This document shows, piece by piece, positions 1 to 11,763 of a stretch of DNA of 64,000 bases. This stretch comes from Haliotis cracherodii. Taxonomy: Eukaryota. The notes beneath the pieces were generated by a model that saw only the letters and a list, made by a program, of their open reading frames with translations, had not been told where the DNA came from and did not search any database. The position numbers and the translations under genes are program-made. The stretch is taken from assembly GCF_022045235.1 (NCBI RefSeq), contig NW_027266264.1:17112001-17176000 (forward strand). Direction: 5' to 3'. Every line of letters begins with the position of its first letter. Within the stretch, counting starts at the first letter, position 1.

Positions 1-951
1 CCTGCATGTCCGGCGACTGGGATGCCGACAGAGCAATTCCATTGCTGACGTTGTCGTTCGATGTTGGTGTCTCTGTTGCTGTTGAAGAAGGTCCCCCAAT
101 GACCCCATATGCCCCCGAACTTGTTGCTGCTAGCTGTGGAGTTGCAGTAGTTCCTGATGTTGATAGATCGCCAAGCCAACCTTGTGTTGACGATGCTGTC
201 GTGGTTAAGTTAGAATTTGATGTTTGTTGTGTTCCTGATGTTGTAGGGTGGGTTCCTGATGTTGTCGGTTGTGTTCCTGATGTAGGTTGTGCTCCTGATG
301 TTGTAGGTTGTGCTCCTGATGTTGTCGGCTGTGCTCCTCCTGTTGTCGGTTGTACTCCTGTTGTCGTTTGTGCTCCTGATGTTGTCTGTTGTGTTCCTGA
401 TGTTGTAGGTTGTGTTCCTGATGTTGTAGGTTGTGCTCCTGATGTTGTAGGTTGTACTCCTGATGTTGTCGGCTGTGCTCCTCCTGTTGTCGGTTGTACT
501 CCTGTTGTCGTTTGTGTTCCTGATGTTGTCGGTTGTGCTCCTGATGTTGTCGGTTGTGTTCCTGATGTTGTCGGCTGTGCTCCTCCTGTTGTCGGTTGTG
601 CACCTGTTGTCGTTTGTGCTCCCGATGTTGTCTGTTGTGGTGCCGTTTTTGTCGGTTGTGTTCCTGATGTTGTCGGTTGTGCTGATGTTGTCGGCTGTGC
701 TCCTGATGTTGTCGGCTGTGCTCCTAATGTTGTCGGTTGTGCTCCTGATGTTGTCGATTGTGCTCCCGATGTTGTCGGTTGTGTTCCTGATTTTGTCGGC
801 TGTGCTCCTGATGTTGTCGGTTGTGCTCCTGATGTTGTCGGTTGTGTTTCAGTTGTGTCTGTGGGCGTTGTTGTAGTGGTGCCTGTTGTCGTCATACTTG
901 TTATCGGCGTTGTTGTAGAGGCAGCAGTCGTAGGTACTGCCGGCGTTACCC
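1..951 (-). CDS. Mucin-like Thr/Ser/Pro exon (about 30 QPTTSG[A/T] heptads) of a C-type lectin-mucin gene; continues off the window
   Basis: Acceptor tttag at 952-956 (minus). Phase-1 start reads (G)VTPAVPTTAASTTTPITSMTTTG...(QPTTSGA)n...DNVSNGIALSASQSPDMQ with no stop to base 1. Phase matches the upstream lectin exon. Confidence 0.85.
225..846 (-). repeat. 21-bp coding minisatellite (mucin VNTR)
   Basis: Unit gttgtgctcctgatgttgtcg repeated about 30 times; occasional 18-bp units keep frame. Confidence 0.95.
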
Positions 952-1120
952 CTAAACATTAAGTAATCCCTTTCAGCAACTCAATACACACGTCTTTACA
1001 CGTTATGAATGATGTAAAACGCACGTATACAATGAAGTATTAAGTAACTTCCTTTATGATATATACTTCTCTTGTATTCATTAATGTTCAGTTTAGTTTG
1101 CAGAACACATCGTAGCAATG

Positions 1121-1760
1121 TATACTACTAAAAAAAGTTAAGGACCACTCGATTCTTTCATATTTCTACAGTTAATCTGTATTTCATATTACTATAGATA
1201 ATCTGTATATCATATAACTGTAGTTAAACTGTATATCATATAACTGTAGTTAATCTGTAAATCATATAACTATAGTAAGTTAATCTGTATATCATATAAC
1301 TAGTTAAACTGTATATCATGTAACTGTAGTTAATCTGTATATCATATAACTATAGTAAGTTAATCTGTATATCATATAACTGTAGTTAATCTGTATATCA
1401 TATAACTGTAGTTAAGCTGTGTGTAATATACCTATAGTTAATCTGTATATCATATAACTGGAGTTAATCTGTATATCATATAACTTGAGTTAATCTGTAT
1501 ATCATATACCTATAGTTAATCTGTATATCATATAACTGGAGTTAATCTGTATATCTTATAACTATAGTTAATCTGTCATGTAATGTAAAGGAATCGAATG
1601 GTCCTTTAATTCACTTGAGCAGTGTACATTGCTTCGATCTGTTCTACAAACGAAACGAAACAATAAATAAAGCCTTTAGGCAGCGTGATTAACAGCATGA
1701 CAGATTAACTGTAGTAATATGAAAGAATCGTATGGTCCTTAACTTTTTAAAAGTAGTATA
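1121..1760. mobile_element. Tc1/mariner-type MITE with internal 24-28 bp minisatellite
   Basis: Termini tatactactaaaaaaagttaaggacca...tggtccttaactttttaaaagtagtata with TA flanks. Unit taactgtagttaatctgtatatcata at about 1170-1575. Related ends at 43021 and 50591. Confidence 0.8.
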
Positions 1761-1858
1761 CATATAGCTTAGATTAAAGCTATATAGAGTGTAGATAGTA
1801 AACTGATAGGTAAAATATGACTGGATATCGTACATCTACACAGGTAATCTGTAATGTT

Positions 1859-2072
1859 TATTTGTTAGTTTCTTGTTTAACGCTGCACTCAGCAATATTC
1901 CAGCAATATGACGGCGGTCTGTAAATAATCGAGTCTGGACCAGACAATCCAGTGATTGACATCATGAGCATCGATCCACGCAATTGGGATACGATGACAT
2001 GCATCAACCAAGTCAGCGAGCCTGACCACCCATCCCGTTAGTCGCCTCTTACGACAAGCACAGTCGTCTTTG
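1859..2072 (-). mobile_element. SINE-like family A, 5'-truncated
   Basis: Matches the other family-A copies, with a degenerate (aaac)n-type tail. Confidence 0.85.
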
Positions 2073-2508
2073 ATATCCCGGAACTTAATCTGTAATGAAC
2101 AACAGCATGGCCTCCCTCGAATATTCGATAATAGTGTAACATTTCTTTAACCGGCTCAAACCATCACTCGATGGAGACAATGGTGAATAGTAACCGTCAC
2201 AAATATTTGCTACAGTGTGGGGAAGAACGCCTCGGAAAGGAACACCTTGTGCCTTTTGTACAGTATTGATGAAGTCTGCGATCGTGACGCAGCTAATGGC
2301 ACACGAATGTCACAGCTCTGACAGTTACAATGATACCATTATGTAATCGATATAACAAATATCCAACCGACTGATCGATAGCTTACATAATCGCGTAAGT
2401 AATCGCGACTAACATGGGAGTAATCTCCGCGGCTGCAAAACAGTGGGAAACACTCGCGCGATCGTCGTGTGTAACAAAGGTATTCTGACATGCAAGTAGT
2501 CTTCATCA

Positions 2509-2741
2509 ACCCATACTTGCCGTCAAAGGCGACTATGCTTGTCGTAAGAGGCGACTAACGGGATAGGGTGGTCAGGCTCGCTGACTTGGTTTATGCATGT
2601 CATCGATGCCAATTGCGTGGATCGATGCTCATGATGTCAATCACTGGATTGTCTGGTCCAGACTCGATTATTTTACAGACCGCCGTAATATAGCTGGAAT
2701 ATTGCTGAGTGCGGCGTTAAACAACAAACAAACAAACAAAC
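2509..2741 (+). mobile_element. SINE-like family A
   Basis: tgcttgtcgtaagaggcgactaacggg...gctggaatattgctgagtgcggcgttaaac(aaac)n. Confidence 0.9.
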
Positions 2742-2911
2742 TGAGGGATCCCTGATTTCATGTGATGCCCGTGTTAGTTGAGTTCGACCTGCGTCAATTG
2801 TTCACTTTCCTCCAGGATAAAGCTGGAAGGCCTTGACATGATTGGATTATTACCCGAAACGATATTCGACCCCAGCCACTCACTCACTCCTGATATTAGA
2901 ATGATGCTTAC

Positions 2912-3120
2912 CGGTACCATTCCTGCAAACATACTGGTGCCACTGGTCACACGTATTGGATTCAAAGTCGTTAAACGCGATGCCTCGGTACCTGAGGCAG
3001 AGATCAGACAACGTACTGGTCTCACTGGCGAACGTGAACGGGGATCCGTCTAGCCAAGAAAACTCATCGGAAACAGAATCTCGCTTGCCTCCCAGCCAGA
3101 ACAGGTTGTCGGAAGAGCCC
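2912..3120 (-). CDS. C-type lectin domain exon (C-terminal half)
   Basis: ttttgcag acceptor and gtaagc donor; 209 nt, phase 2 to 1. Reads GSSDNLFWLGGKRDSVSDEFSWLDGSPF...DLCLRY...FESNTCDQWHQYVCRNGT, with the WLG, WLDGS and C...C..YVC CTLD motifs. Confidence 0.85.
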
Positions 3121-3705
3121 CTGCAAAACAAAAAGTTGACTGAATGGTGTTTTACGCCGAAGCCAGCGATACTCAAGCTACACCACAGTTACATGTAAAT
3201 AATATGGTGTTGGCGAGCTCAGTCGGCTCTTATGAATCACGGGTTGCTGGAGACCTTTTTGTACCAGGGATATCCACAGGACGACGCGCATCAGCACAAC
3301 ACACCACTGCACTTCAATGTTGAGAGGTGTGTGTGTGTGTGTCTACATAGTCAGTGGGTCAACTCATTGTGCTTTTAGTTTTATATTTTGAAGATATCCT
3401 CACAGTAACACATCCTGGTCTAAATTGAAAGCGCAGAACACAAGCCTTCAGCTCAACTACCTAACACCCATGTGAGTTCGACATGTTCTATACATAGTAC
3501 TGGCTAATGTCATCCAAGTGTATTAACTGGGAAGCTGGTATTTAAGAAGAGTTTTACACCAAAGATCGATATTGAATGTGCCTTGAACAATTTTAAACTA
3601 CTTGTTATCATCATTGTTTGAGACATCTTGTTTACGTTATGCAGAAGTAGGACACTTACAGCGACGTGAATTCATTTCGCTTCCCAAATAAATAACATCT
3701 CGTGT

Positions 3706-4241
3706 CTAGCATTTTCTTCCCGAGGCAAGAGAGTTAACTGACTATAAAAGTCCAGTTTCCAACCTTGCCGAACTAGGCTGGTATTATGGACATAGATTTT
3801 GGCTGGACCAACGAGTCTATGCATAGTCCAATCAAAATCGCGCAATGAATCGAAATCCGGTTCGTAAACAGTCACGCAGATTTCGGTCGATTGCAAGAAT
3901 TGCAAAGCACATGCACCGCCAACTCGGTGTCAACACATATATTCCAAATCTTTTCATGTTTTTGATCAAGGCGCTCACGTGATTTGATACACTTCGCGAT
4001 GTAAAATCCGTTTCATCACAATATAGATCTTGACTGGGCGCCGCCATTGTGTTTGAAGCAAATGCAAGTGATACGAGAGGTGAAATCTGATTGGTCCACA
4101 GGAGAGGCACAGAAGGGACAAAACTCGTAATAGCCACGGGTGGCGCTATGATTGAGCCCAGGAATTCCAGCCAAGTTCGGCAAGGGTGGAAACTGGACTT
4201 TTAAAGCCAGTTAACGCTCTTGCCTCGGGAAGATGGTCTAG
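3706..4241. mobile_element. MITE with about 80-bp TIRs and CTAG ends
   Basis: ctagcattttcttcccgaggcaagagagttaactg...cttgccgaact versus agttcggcaagg...cagttaacgctcttgcctcgggaagatggtctag. Confidence 0.85.
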
Positions 4242-4349
4242 CGTATGTCATCACAAACTTATATCTTTCATCTAAAAAAGAATGCCATTGTTCTCATTTT
4301 TCTTATCGCATTATTATTGTCGACAAATTATCACAATCTGCAAATACAA

Positions 4350-4770
4350 CCATCGATGACATCCCACATAAACCTGCGAACAGATCTATTGGTGACATCC
4401 CACAGAATCTCCCCACACAACCTGCACATACGATCTATTGATGACATCCCACAGAATCTCCCCACACGACCTGCCCAAAGATCTATTGATGACATCTCAC
4501 AGAATCCACACACACACACAACCTGCCAAAAGATATATTGATGACATCCCATACGAACAGATCCATTCTTGACATCCCACAGAATCCCCCCCCCCCCCCT
4601 CCCACTACCTGCGAACAGATGAAATCCCACAGAATCTCCCCACACAACCTGCACATACGATCTATTGATGATATTCCACAGAATCTCCACACACGACCTG
4701 CCCACAGATCCATTTATGACATCCCACAGAATCTCCCCACACGACCTGCACATACGCTCTTTCGATGACC
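4350..4770. repeat. About 49-bp minisatellite
   Basis: gatctattgatgacatcccacagaatctccccacacaacctgcacatac, about 8 degenerate copies. Confidence 0.85.
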
Positions 4771-5531
4771 TCTCGCAGAAACTGACGCTCTTCATTAGAG
4801 GCAACAGATGCAAGGGTTAGTCCACCTTCTCTACACGTCTGTCTGGCCCCCGAGAAGGAGTTGTGGCATGTGTAGATGTGGAAGCAGACAGACCCTCCAC
4901 ACTCCGACCTGGACGGCTCGCAACCGGAACTTAGCTGAACTGGAATGAAAAAACATAAACTGTTGACCTTGCCACAAGAAATATGTTAATACGTTTTTGT
5001 AACTGAACCTGCATATATGCATAAGACCGCGATTTTTGTATATCCTGTATTGTATTTTGTTTTGATTCATCAGGTTTGTTTATACGTATTGGGCAAGTGA
5101 CCTTTCTGCGGTATCCTGATCATAACTTTGCGACATGTTCGCCTCTGACGGTGACATTAGTTTTCGAGTTTTCATGGAACGTGAATGTTTCTCGCAAGAT
5201 GAAATGGTGACTTCTGAGGAAGAAGTACAAGTGAACCCCCACATGTCTGATCCTGTGACTGACAACAGTGACGAAAATAACGAGGACGATCCCAATCTTG
5301 GACACATGGATCACACGTGATTGCTAAACACAGATTCATTTGTTTATTCATTTGTTTTCTCTAACTCCCAATATACCTAATACCCAATCAACTTGCAGGC
5401 CTAGCGGGTGTAAGAGGCCCAAGTTAATCCTGGGCTCAAGAGTGTTTTGAGTCAAGGCTCAGAACACACACATTACCCTACAACTTTATGAAAAACAAAT
5501 AGTTTTACATTTTAAAGAAATCTTAATACTA

Positions 5532-7014
5532 TACTCTTCAAAAAAAAAGAAACTTGACATTGACTTTCAAAATGTAATATAATGCGATTGTTTCAAAATA
5601 GGACACAGAAACCATAATTGAAACACTGTTTGAAGATCAATGTACACAATGTTCAAAACATTAATCGTGTCACCTAGACAGACACACATACACGATACAG
5701 TTAATGTCACAGGGGTACAGAAAATGTCAGTATCGGTTGTGCCCACCACGTGCATCAATCACCGCTTGACACCGACGACCTATAGATGCAATCAAGTTGT
5801 CAATAACACGCTGTTGGTTGTGCTGCCATTCATGCTGAAGTGCATCAAGAAGCGCGGGAAGTGTTTGGGGCGGTGGATTCCTTCTGCGAACGCGTCGAAC
5901 CAACTCGTCCCACAGATGCTCAATCGGGGACAAATATGGTGACCGGGCTGGCCAAGGTAATGTCTGGATGTTGTGGTGTAAGAAGTCCTGACAAACACGT
6001 GCAATATGCGGTCGAGCGTTGTCTTGTTGGAACTGTCCGCCATGAACGTTGACGTGAGAAAGAACGTAAGGCTGTAGGATCAAGTCTCTGTAATGCACAC
6101 CTGTCAATGCACCTGCCACATGCACGAGAGGCGTCCTACCACCGTGATGAATTCCGGCCCATACCATGACACTCCCGCCGCCAAATGGGACAACCTGCTG
6201 CACACAGTTAGGGGCGTAACGTTCACCCCGACGTCTGCAGACACGTGCGCGCCCATCAGCACGTGTGAGTAGGAAACGGGACTCGTCAGTAAACAGTACA
6301 TTTCTCCACCTTGCACGTGCCCATCTAACCCTCTGTTGGCACCAAAGCAGACGGTCCGCCAGATGACGTGGGGTCAATACATGACGTCGAGGAGGTCTTC
6401 GTGCAAAACGTCCAGCCTCCCTCAGTTTGTTGCGTACCGTTTGATCTGATATTCTGCGTACCCCAGGGTGGTTGTAGACGTGGCTGTGGTAGTGCGGTCT
6501 CAGAGGTTTCGCAGCCGGATGTATCGATCTTGTGCTTGGGTTGTCACCCTTGGTCTTCCTGACCTTGGTCTGTCGATAACTATGTTGGTGTTGTTGTATC
6601 GGGTCCACAGTGCGGATATTGTCTGTCTGGATACGCCAAAGTGCCTGGCCACTTCTTGCTGAGTTCCTCCAGCTTGTAATCTCCCAAATGCGTTGTTCCG
6701 TTGAGCTGCATTCAGTCTTGGCATTCTGTCACCGCCTCTACTGCCGTTATAAGGACTGTATGAACAGCCGTTGACGTGGATTTTTATACCCATTCAGCAG
6801 GGGGCCAGCATGTTTTTTACAGGCGGTTGCGTTTGGATGAAGCTGTAAAAATGATCCCCAAACGCTACGTTTATGTGCTTTGCATGTGTTTTCGCGAATT
6901 ATAGACACATTATCTTTCTGTTTAACTTATTTGGTTCTGATTTAATGTAATTATTTTAGATATTTGACAAAAAGTGGTTTTACATCTATGTCAAGTTTCT
7001 TTTTTTGAAGAGTA
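5532..7014 (-). mobile_element. Full-length Tc1-family transposon with frameshifted transposase (about 6724-5727)
   Basis: TIRs tactcttcaaaaaaaaagaaacttgacat / atgtcaagtttctttttttgaagagta with TA TSD. MPRLNAAQRNNAFGRL HTH start; FTDESRF, QQDNARPH and SPYLSPIEHLW motifs (D33E here). Confidence 0.95.
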
Positions 7015-7048
7015 TATTTAATAGTGATTCATAGACTCATGCACATGA

Positions 7049-8311
7049 TACAACATCTGATCAAAAAGTTCTAAGCCTGCCTAACTTTCAACTATGGGCC
7101 AAGACAAAGTGAACTAGTCAATGTTGTACATTGTTTGAGTAGTTCATCGAAAGTGTATTTGGTCTGTTGAGGCCGTTTGTATATGGCTGACAGCCAGTTG
7201 AACGTGATAGGGGTCCAAATGGACACAGACATGGAAATGAACGAGTACCGAGCAGTCATCAAGTTTTTGACTTTAGAGAAAAGTCCTCACCAAGAAATTC
7301 ATGCCCGCATGTCACAAGTGTATGGGGATAAGTTATTCTAGTGTTAAACGTTGGGCAGATATGTTTATGGCGGGGAGAACAAGCCTTTATGATGTCTTGA
7401 CATCCCTCAACTTTCATCAATGAAGATTCAATCAAGGGGATAGAAAAAACTTATACTGTCAGATAGACTTATTACCATTGTTGAACTTGAGGAAGACACA
7501 GGTCGAAGGCATGGCTCCATTGAAACTATTATTCATGAACATTTACAGATGAATAAGATATCTGCTCATTGGGTGCCAAAGTTTATAAATTTTTATTTTA
7601 AGGCAAAAATAACTCACATTGCCAGAGTCAAATTAGAGCTATTTGAGGAGGATTTCGTCAAATTCATAAAGAGATCAGTAACGGGTGATGAAACATGGGT
7701 CTACCACTATGATTCCGAGTCAAAACGTCAATCCATGGAATAGCACCATTCAACTTCTCAGGCACTAAAGAAATTCAAATCTTCAAGATCAGTGTAGAAA
7801 TTTATAGCCACTGGGATGCAAAGCGTGTCATCCTTGTTGATTACTTAGAAAGTCAAAAGACGATTACAGGTGCCACTATGCTGATTTGCTTCATCGCCTG
7901 AGAGATTCTATCAAAGGAAAGCGGCGAGGAATGCAGACTGCTGGAGTTGTTCTGCTTCATGACAATGCCTCCTATCATGCCTCTTGACAAGCAAAGGCTG
8001 CTGTGTGACGATGTGGATTCGAAGAGTTTCATCACCCTTCCTACTCGCCAGATCTGGCACTAAGTGATTTCCAACTGTTTCCTAAACCGAAAGATTTAGA
8101 TTTTCCGATGTGGAAAAGTGCTATGACGACAACGATGACATCAAAGCTGCCGTGAATGGGTCTTTCGGGGTGGCTTAAGAAAACTTCTTCCTGAATGGAA
8201 TTGAAAAGCTTCACTATCGATATGAAAAGTGTATTGAAAAGCAGGGAGATTATGTTGAAAACTAAATTTTTTGTTGGTTTTGTTTGTTTGGCTTCCTGAC
8301 CAGCCTTCGTA
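7049..8311 (+). mobile_element. Degenerate mariner (DD34D-type) transposon
   Basis: Fragments EYRAVIKFL, SAHWVPK, TGDETWVYHYD, HDNA and YSPDLALSDFQLF with stops and frameshifts; eroded TIRs. Confidence 0.9.
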
Positions 8312-10334
8312 AATATCACCTATTACACGCCAGGAATAGTATTATTTTTAATGATCCCATTATCAAGTCTTGTCTTTGAATTAAAATAAACACAAAAAAG
8401 CCTAAACCACAACACCCCTAAGGCCGTGTCTGAATATATTTTAAGAATTTTGTATTGATGGCTTAATAAACTCGTTAAGAATTGTTTGTGTTTCGAATAG
8501 CTATTCATAAACGATTCAAAGCATCAGATGGAAATGTGCCCTTTTCGATCAAAGTACTCAGCGGACATTTTGGAAGTTCTGTTTATCTAGTTTCCTGATA
8601 ATGACAATGCCTTGACAATAAGATTTCTAGTCCACAGAAGAAAATATGTTCAGCTAGTTAATACCTTCTGCCTGCATCATTTGCTTGAATGTGTACATGT
8701 GTACCAATTGTTGCCACTGCTGCATGTCATCATATCGTTCTCACATAATGCCATTACCTCATAACGCATTACATGAAGACGGTTGCAGGTAGGTTAAACC
8801 ATTATGATGACGTCACGCTACTGTTGCAATTGATTCTAAGACAGGCTTTCTGAACGTGTAGTTTAACAAGTAAAGTTGACGCAATAACATGTCATTATGA
8901 TAAATTAATGATAAATTATGGATGAAATCTCCCGAATCTGTTGATGCCGGGAGAAAATCAACTCGCCCCTTCTGCTGCCGGAATCTCCATACTTAACTAT
9001 ATATAAGCCAGTTGAACCCTAGGATGAGTGAGTGAATGAATGAGTTTAACACTTTGGTGAAATCCATCAGCACGGCTATTGTGCTGACAAACCAAGGATC
9101 ATAAAGGTTCGACTTAATTCGAGACCCACGAGATGCAGATCCTGGCACTGAAAAGGGACGCAACTATACAACGTAGTGCGGCGCTTTAGACATCACTAAC
9201 CTTGAACAAATAGACTTTTCGTTCAATTGTTCGCCTCTTTACGACTCAGATCCAAATTTCCCCGGTTTTACCGTTTTGCTTTTATTGAACATATCTCGTA
9301 TTTTGTAATACGACAAGGGGTGTGATTGGGTGCAAATAATACATTTTTGTGCTGAAAATGATCCAAGATTATAAGAAAATGAATGTCACAAATTCGCATT
9401 GATATTAGTTAAAAAACGACAAAAAGACCTTTTCAAGAGATGGCACCCCCTTCTATTTTGCACTTGATATTGGATAGTCTGGATATTAACTATACGAGTT
9501 TCTGGTACATTACCAAAGGATAAACACAGGCTCACACACTGAATGAAATATTTGCATCGGTCACATTCAATAATCTTTAATAGAAGTAGCTTCAAGTGGG
9601 TTATTTCTGTATCTACCTTTATAACCATGTTTGCCGAGAGTGAAACTATATATGTCGTATTTAGTAAAGCCAGAGAATGCTACTGCTCAGATCTGTGATG
9701 TCTCAGAGGGTTGTGTCTGCCGTCACTATTATCAACATACACATTATACTTAATATATTCGATCTGGCTCTCACGGGAGGGCTATTTTGAAAGTCCAAAC
9801 CGTTGATAAAGACTGTTCCGAGCGAGTCTTTAAAGGGGTTTTCTGTATTAAGGGTACTTGACAACAAGGTGAAGCGGTGACATCATGGTCGAGTTGTCAA
9901 AGTTGTGTTATCGATGTTTTGTGATATATATATACGAGAATGCATAGATGTACATGATTAATGTCTTTGGATAGCTATGCCCTAAGACTCCTCTTCGAAA
10001 GCCGATTCCTGGATGCTGGCGGCAACACATTGAAATAACACACTTGGCGGAAGTGTTTGACTTTTGCTTGAGGCTAGGCCGTGCCGACACGAGCTCTCAA
10101 TAAGTATGCCGTATTGATACATACGCCATAGCGATAGATGATATTATGCAAATCAAACTAAATTATTCACCCTGTGAACGTTACTTTTTACTTCCCCAAT
10201 GTATTGAGTTTTTGCTACGTGAACCTTAGCAACGTGCAATATAGCCTTGTCATGTAGAATAATGCCATCGACTGTTAATAACGTTGTCTTTATTAATGAT
10301 TCATGTTTATCAAATTAAATTACTATTGTTACAT

Positions 10335-10970
10335 ACAGAACATGTGGTAACGGGTTGTCACAAATAGAACACGTTGAAACGGATTGTCATATATAGAACA
10401 CGTGGTAAAGGATTGTCACACATAGAACAAGTGGTAACGGATTATCACATGGTGTTACCATGGTGACACCTCGGCACCGCCACCACCACGAAGACTACCT
10501 TTTTACTAACTACATTGTGGCTATATACACAGGCGATGTGTTGGTTTGTTTGCTGTTTAACGCCGCACTCAGCAATATTCCAGCTCTATGACGGCGGTCT
10601 GTAAATAATATAATCTGGACCAGACAATCCAGTTGGGATACGATGACATGCATCAACCAAGTCAGCGAGCCTGACCATCCGATCCCGTTAGTCGCCTCTT
10701 ACGACAAGCATAGTCCCCTTGTACAGCAAGCATGGATTGCTGAAGACCTACTCTACCCCGGATCTTCACGGGTGAGAACACATGGTAACGAATTGTCATA
10801 TATAGAACATGTCGTAACGGATTGTCACGTCAGTAAACATGGTAACGGGTTGTCACCTGAAGAACACGCGGTAACGGATTGTCCCATGTAGAACACGTGG
10901 TTATGAATTGTCACACATAGAACACGTGGTAACGGATTGTCACATACAGAGCATGTGGTAACGGATTACT
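10335..10970. repeat. About 29-bp minisatellite interrupted by a SINE A plus flank insertion (10450-10773)
   Basis: tagaacacgtggtaacggattgtcacaca units on both sides of the insertion. Confidence 0.85.
10540..10773 (-). mobile_element. SINE-like family A
   Basis: Complete 5' end (acccgtgaagatccggggtag); small internal deletion. Confidence 0.9.
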
Positions 10971-10997
10971 GTTCCTCTTGTGATGCATTATTCAGTA

Positions 10998-11421
10998 GTA
11001 CTGGAGCGAGGAACGTCGGGGTTCGGTCGGGGATCCCCGACCGCGTCACATCAAAAGACGTATAAAAATAGTACTTATTTTCTGGCACGTTAGGGAAAAC
11101 CAAGGGCTGGTCGGCTAGGAGTCAGTATACTGTGTCTGTGTGGGTTATCCATGTTAAACTGCAGCATGTTGTCTCAGTGGGATAGCTATAAAAGAGCAAT
11201 TATCTTGAGTGAGTGAGTAAGTGAGTTTGGTTTTACGCCGCTTTTAGCAATATTCCAGCAATATCACGGCGGGGGACACCAGAAATGGGCTTCACACATT
11301 GTACCCATGTCGGAATTCGAACCCGGGTCTTCGGCGTGACGAGCGAACGCTTTAACCACTAGGCTACCCGACCGCCCCCAATTATCTTGAACGAGACGTT
11401 ACAACCCATTTCACCTCACCT
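10998..11421 (+). mobile_element. tRNA-derived SINE family C with a nested family-B SINE (11207-11378, minus)
   Basis: Homologous to 43255-43601. The nested SINE B is flanked by TSD caattatcttga. Confidence 0.85.
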
Positions 11422-11525
11422 TCTTCTGCAGCAAGGAAGTGAATCTCTAGCTTAGTTAGTTATATGATGATAAAATGTTTACATAACCATGTGCTACTGT
11501 ATACACAATGGAAATTATAAACATA

Positions 11526-11763
11526 TACAGTAAACTACGGTTATAACGAACTCGAAGGGACCACTAATTTAAATTCGTTATAACCGAAGTTCGTCATGTA
11601 TACAGCATATATACAGCAAATGGACGGAACCAAAAAATCAGATCCTTTTATCCGTCTGTTCGTTATAAGCGTGTTCGTTATAAACGTGGTTGACTGTATA
11701 CTTATAAACAACGAACTAAAATACGTGGTCCCTTTGAGTTCGTTATAACCGTGGTTTCCTGTA
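11526..11763. mobile_element. pogo/Tigger-like MITE
   Basis: tacagtaaactacggttataacgaactcgaagggaccac ... gtggtccctttgagttcgttataaccgtggtttcctgta; an extra internal end lies near 11698. Confidence 0.8.

Noticed and set aside
6-962. Plus-strand 318-aa (CAPDVVG)n ORF and other ORFs over the 21-bp repeat
   Set aside because: Antisense or off-frame shadows of the spliced minus-strand mucin exon.
8660-8790. Possible further minus-strand lectin exon
   Set aside because: Stops in all frames examined and no CTLD motif.
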